NCBI GenBank assembly: GCA_024704765.1
Contig: JAKMXF010000297.1
Span: forward strand, 248,001-312,000
Origin: Oopsacas minuta
Taxonomy: Eukaryota; Animalia; Porifera
Length of the DNA: 64,000 nucleotides
Direction: 5' to 3'
Part shown: one piece after another, positions 59,510 through 64,000 of the stretch
How positions within the stretch are numbered: the stretch's first letter is position 1
Layout of the letters: every line of letters starts with the position of its first letter
Notes under the pieces: model-generated
What the model was told of the DNA's origin: nothing
Database searches by the model: none
The model's input: only the letters and a program-made list of their open reading frames with translations
Made by a program: the position numbers and the translations under genes

Positions 59510-60431
59510 ATTGTTTGAAGAGATGATTTTATTTTTGGTGTTTCAAGAGAAATTCTGATATATTTATAGTTCTATGCAAATACCTTAATTCCATTTTTGC
59601 TCCAAGTTGTTGGTACAAACCACTATCAATCTATAGCACTAATTTGGGTATGTAGATTTCTAAGATATATAATGTCTATTCTTTAGTGACGAACGCGAAC
59701 ACTTATTCAGTAATGATTATTGGTCATATATAATAGATAGAACACTAGAGCCCCAATTGTTGTGACGATTTAGTTCAAAATTTATACTATACAAGTTTAT
59801 TCTGAAAGTACATTGTTATGCATAACTTATCATTTGCTACTAAGTACTACGTGTATTGAATCAACATAATCAAGTAAGGTAGCCCATACAGTTACAGTAA
59901 GATTAACAGTGCCATATATAGTAGAGTAATACAATGGCCTTACCACTTGCTCCAGCTACTAGAGAATAATTATAACTTATATCACCTCTAGTACTTAATT
60001 ATTTATTACTATTACTTTCTGAAACGCGATCTATGTAAGTATTTTAGCTCTGATAGGTTTATGATTGCTTTGGGGTATGGTAAATTATTTATTAGGAACT
60101 ATTTATAATACATGGCATCGCCTCAACCGGAAGGAGATATGATCGTGTCAATATTATTCGTACAATACATATGCATTCAGCCCTCGTTAATCGAACACTG
60201 AAATATCGAAGTCGGAAATTGCCGATATATGGTCCTAAACCGTCAAAGTAACATCCGTAAATTACCTGAGATATCGAAGTAATTATTGTGACATAGTTGG
60301 TATTGCAGTCGAACCTGGTTAGATATAATTAAAGCTAGGTATACTATTAGAAACTGTTCAATTCATTATCTATTACTCAAATGTTGTAGTATATTACTAG
60401 ATAATGCAAGTATCCTAACTGGACCTTTTTA

Positions 60432-61881
60432 ATGAATCGTCTCAAGAGATATGGCCGTTACACTGCTGTCACAGCCTATGAGTATTTGCTAGAATATGAT
60501 ACACCTAAGTATGTACATGTACAAGATAAGTTTGCTGGTCTTTTTTTCAGATTCATTCAGTTCTGTGTGTTGTTGTTTGTTTCACTATACTTGATATGGT
60601 GGAAGACCGGTTATCAAAGAGTAGGCTATGTATCTAGTGTAACTACTTATAAACTGAAGGGAGTGAGTATGAGTGAATCTCATAATGAATTCAGTCCTGT
60701 ATCACAATTCTGGGATCCAGTAGACTACAGTATTCCGGTCAAACAGAAAGATCAGTTCATTATCCCTACTCGCTACATTTACACTCCTCGACAGACTTAT
60801 GGGTTCTGCTCTGAGAGTCCCGACTACTCAACATGTAAAACAGATGCAGATTGTATAGCTAATGTACAAGTTAGTTAGAGTCATGTGTAACTAATACAGT
60901 CAACATTCGTTAACTCGAACGAATTTCACTTCCCTTCTTTGTACTTTTAGTAATTATCTCATCTGTTAACTCGAACAGATTTCATTTCCCCTTAGGTTCG
61001 AGTTACCGAATGTTGGCTGTATGTACGTGTATTTATTGAATTTGTGATACTCCATTTAGGTACCAGCTGGAAACGGTATAATGAATGGAACATGTGACAC
61101 AAACACGAACACTTGCATTATATACAGCTGGTGTCCAGTTGAAAACGATAGTAATCACCCTGTGTATATCAGTAATTTCCTGAACTTCACTGTCCTAATA
61201 ATAAACTATATTTCATTTCCAGACTTTCCAGAAGCAACTCCATTCAGTGCACATAGGAATATTAAAGACAAGATAGATCCTACCACAGACCTGAAGTCTT
61301 GTAGATTTGATCCTAGTAACGCATCTTTACTGTACTGTCCTATTTTCTCTCTAAACACCCTCTTGACTAATCCAGATATAATTAAGGACAGAATTCCTAT
61401 GGACATAAACCATTTGATAGAGAAAGGAGGAATAGTTGACCTTAGTATACACTGGCAATGTAACTTAGATTTTTCAATTGATAACTGTAGTCCACGTTAC
61501 ACAACACAGAGACTAGATCAGAATAACGCTAGCATGTCTCCTGGTTATAACTTCAGGAAAGCAGACTATTCGTACGAAGATGAAGGTCTCACTAAATACA
61601 GATACCTGTACAAACTCTACGGGATTAAATTTAACATTGTTGTATCAGGAATTGCTAAGAAGTTTGATGTCTATCAGCTGTTTATCACTATAGGCTCTGG
61701 AATATCGTACTTTGCCCTCGCTACTATTGCAACAGATTTCTTTATACTTTGGGTGTATAGAAAGAAGAAACTCTATCGCAAGGAGAAGTACCAGCCCGTG
61801 GAGGCAGATGTTGAGGACCCTGATCTGATTACAAGATTGTTAGAGAATCAACATATAAGCTCTGAAAATAGGGAAAAATAG
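60432..61881 (+). CDS. P2X purinoceptor (ATP-gated cation channel); exons 60432-60869 and 61060-61881
   Basis: YDTPK, TM1, KLKG, FWDPVDY, SWCPVE, CPIF, GYNFR, KLYGIKF, TM2, YRKEK; phase-0 intron. Confidence 0.95.
60897..61019. mobile_element. TA-flanked CAGT MITE in the P2X intron; its right half recurs at ~34490-34547
   Basis: TIR cagtcaacattcgttaactcgaac / cagccaacattcggtaactcgaac. Confidence 0.8.
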
Positions 61882-62181
61882 TCACTTCTCTGATTTTCTA
61901 TTTTATCAAATTGTTGAATGCCTTTTCTTGTTCTTAAGATTAATTCCATGTTATGGTTTGACACATGGTATGTATCATAATTCTTATTTTTTGCACTACT
62001 ATATAGACCTCCGGTAACAGTTCCCAACCTTTTTCACATGTGGACGCCTTATACCAATTTAACACATTCTGTGGACCCCAGGTTGGGAACCGTAACATAG
62101 ACTGTACTCACTGTAGTGATATTAAATACTTCTATTTACATAATTTTACTAACACAATACATGCGCTCTGTACTAAATTAG

Positions 62182-62517
62182 ATGCCCAAGAAGCATAGCC
62201 ATTATAGAGAGAGAAACTCTTCTCGCTCTCGCTCCAAATCTCCCTTAAGTTCCCATTATAAGACTAAACGAAGTAAGAGAAGGAGTAGGAGTCGTTCTAG
62301 ATCAGATTCCATTAGTCCAGCCAGGTAATATTCAGATTATTGTATACTTATTAGCGAATAATACACACTATTCACTATTGTCTACGTATTTTATATCTAG
62401 AGATAGAGATAGAAAAGAAAAGAAGTATTCATCACGAAGACGATCTCCAGAAAAATCATCATCTAAATATTCTGACAAATATTGTCCCACTTGTAAGAAT
62501 CCCATTTCAATAGCTAG
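62182..62517 (+). CDS. First two exons (62182-62324, 62401-62517) of an Arg/Ser-rich protein gene; continuation not resolved
   Basis: MPKKHSHYRERNSSRSRSKSP...RRSRSRSRSDS; phase-2 intron AG|gtaata...atctag|A keeps the frame (RDRDRKEKKYSSRRRSPEK...CPTC). Absent from the ORF track. Confidence 0.7.
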
Positions 62518-62677
62518 GTAGGTTGTATAATCATTTATTACTAGCATAAGAATTATATTTTTTTCGTTATATCCTCTTATAAACATTTCAACACTTTATC
62601 CACGTCGTCATTATGCCATATACCATTGCCTTCTCTTTATAAAGCCTACCATCAGATGTATCCGATGTATAGTAGTA

Positions 62678-63506
62678 TAGTGGAGTCTCCCAAAAACGGA
62701 CACTCCGAGAAGCGGACAACCCCCTACAACGAACAAACCTCGTGACACGGATTGAATTTGCCAAGCATGTAATACTTAAGCAGTCTCCGAGGAGCGGACA
62801 ACTCCGAATTCCGAACAACGGATAGGGAACTGGCCCCGAATGGTGTGTTTTAATGCAAAATTATCTCCCAAGAAAGAACAACCAGAAACTGCAACCAATA
62901 ATTTCATAGATATCACAAAATTTACATAATAATATGAGTGCTATACAAGTCCCATGTCTTTCAACTCTTTCAACAATTCTTTTAGCTTGTCAATGTAAAC
63001 TTTGGGTCCATAAAGGCGGTACACACATGGGATTTCTAGTCTGTAACCTGCTCCTCTGTTTTCTTTCTCTCCCGTAACCTCAGCAAATCCTTTATTTACT
63101 TCTCTTCTCAAGAATTGTGAAAGTCGAGGATGTTTTGAAGTAGCTATGAGCATTGGCACCACAATAGATACTGTGTAGCTAGTCTGCAAGTGTCAACCAG
63201 TAGACAAAGTTATCTTCCTGACTTATTTCCGCACCCATTATACTATATCTAGAGTATAAAGCAATGTCAATATGCTTACATTACTCATCAAGTCATCACT
63301 CAATATTATATTAATTCTTGTCACAGTATAATAAACTTGTGACTTCTCTCGTAACTATTCAACTTTAATACATGTAAAACTGCATTCAAAATGGTACATA
63401 TTAGGTGTTTTTATAAAAAGATGGACCAGCCTCCGAGAAGCGGACAATTCTCTACAACGGAAATAAGCCATGTCACCAACGTGTCCGTTATTCGGAGACT
63501 CCACTG
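62678..63506. mobile_element. 829-bp TA-flanked TIR element carrying a HIRAN-like ORF fragment (62941-63189, minus)
   Basis: 26-bp TIR tagtggagtctcccaaaaacggacac / cagtggagtctccgaataacggacac (3 mismatches); subterminal ctccgagaagcggacaa motif three times. Confidence 0.75.
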
Positions 63507-63594
63507 TATATGATAGAGACGCATGCATTAGTCAGAATTTTGGTGTTGTCACTGGCCAGAATAGTTTTAGTACTGTTCAGACTGTTTTCAGAAG

Positions 63595-63870
63595 TTTATA
63601 AGTCGAAAACCCTAAATGATATAACAAAACTCACCGATTTATAGAATATACCCGATTTCCCACACCCTTATAGTATATTTTGATATGATATCTACAATGA
63701 TTATAGCATAGTCATCAATAATGCCATATATGGTAATTGATTGCGTCATTATCATAGGACGTAGTACATATCATTTCAAAATGCACTATAAGGGTATGAG
63801 AAATTCAGTATATACTATAAATAGACAATAGTGAGTTTTGTTACTTCATTGAGGGTTTTCGCCTTTTAAA
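63595..63870. repeat. About 276-bp imperfect palindrome (foldback MITE-like)
   Basis: cgaaaaccctaaatgatataacaaaactcac pairs with gtgagttttgttacttcattgagggttttcg; pairing continues inward to the centre ccatatatgg (63724-63733). Confidence 0.8.
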
Positions 63871-64000
63871 TGGATGTTGCCAAATTATTACCATCCATGG
63901 TCACTATTATAACTCAAGATTAACTTTATGACAAATATTTATGTTTTACGAAAGAAGCTATACATCATTTCCTACATTAATTTTGAAATCCTTTTCATTA

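Noticed and set aside
1-64000. tRNA, rRNA and snRNA genes
   Set aside because: GTTCGA motifs found lie in coding sequence or MITE ends; no cloverleaf or conserved rRNA/snRNA sequence was recognised by eye.

Overview
AT-rich eukaryotic (animal-type) genomic DNA with a very compact layout: about 29 protein-coding genes in 64 kb, many intronless or with 44-70 nt GT-AG introns, short intergenic gaps, and many small non-autonomous DNA transposons (MITEs). The gene content (P2X, astacin-TSP1, bHLH-PAS, EZH, CCDC81, TCTEX1D2) and the compaction suggest a non-bilaterian animal such as a glass sponge; this is an inference, not shown by the sequence. Recognisable genes: RAB3GAP2, PSMD11, NIP7, URAH, ZFPL1, an inversin-like ankyrin/IQ protein, a Rap1 C-terminal-domain protein, BLOC1S2, a C2H2 zinc finger gene, an MGLL-like lipase, EZH, LRR1, TCTEX1D2, a cytosolic SULT, UNG, MLST8, a PH adaptor, CINP, a DHHC palmitoyltransferase, a RapGAP-BTB-BACK fusion, a nested orphan 7TM gene, a sorcin-like protein, a bHLH-PAS factor, CCDC81, two convergent astacins, P2X and the start of an RS-rich gene. 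No rRNA, tRNA or CRISPR array could be supported. Most notable observations: (1) a RapGAP domain fused in-frame to a BTB-BACK module, with an antisense 7TM gene in its intron; (2) a YAG splice-acceptor-like motif within 12 nt of the ATG in 17 of 26 genes, in long co-oriented, tightly spaced gene runs (possible SL trans-splicing or operons); (3) a 694-bp near-identical inverted segment shared by two otherwise diverged astacins (gene conversion); (4) domain-reduced or extended versions of conserved proteins (RCT-only Rap1, PAS-A-only bHLH-PAS, N-terminally extended RPN6). All homology calls are by eye from remembered family motifs; no searches were run.
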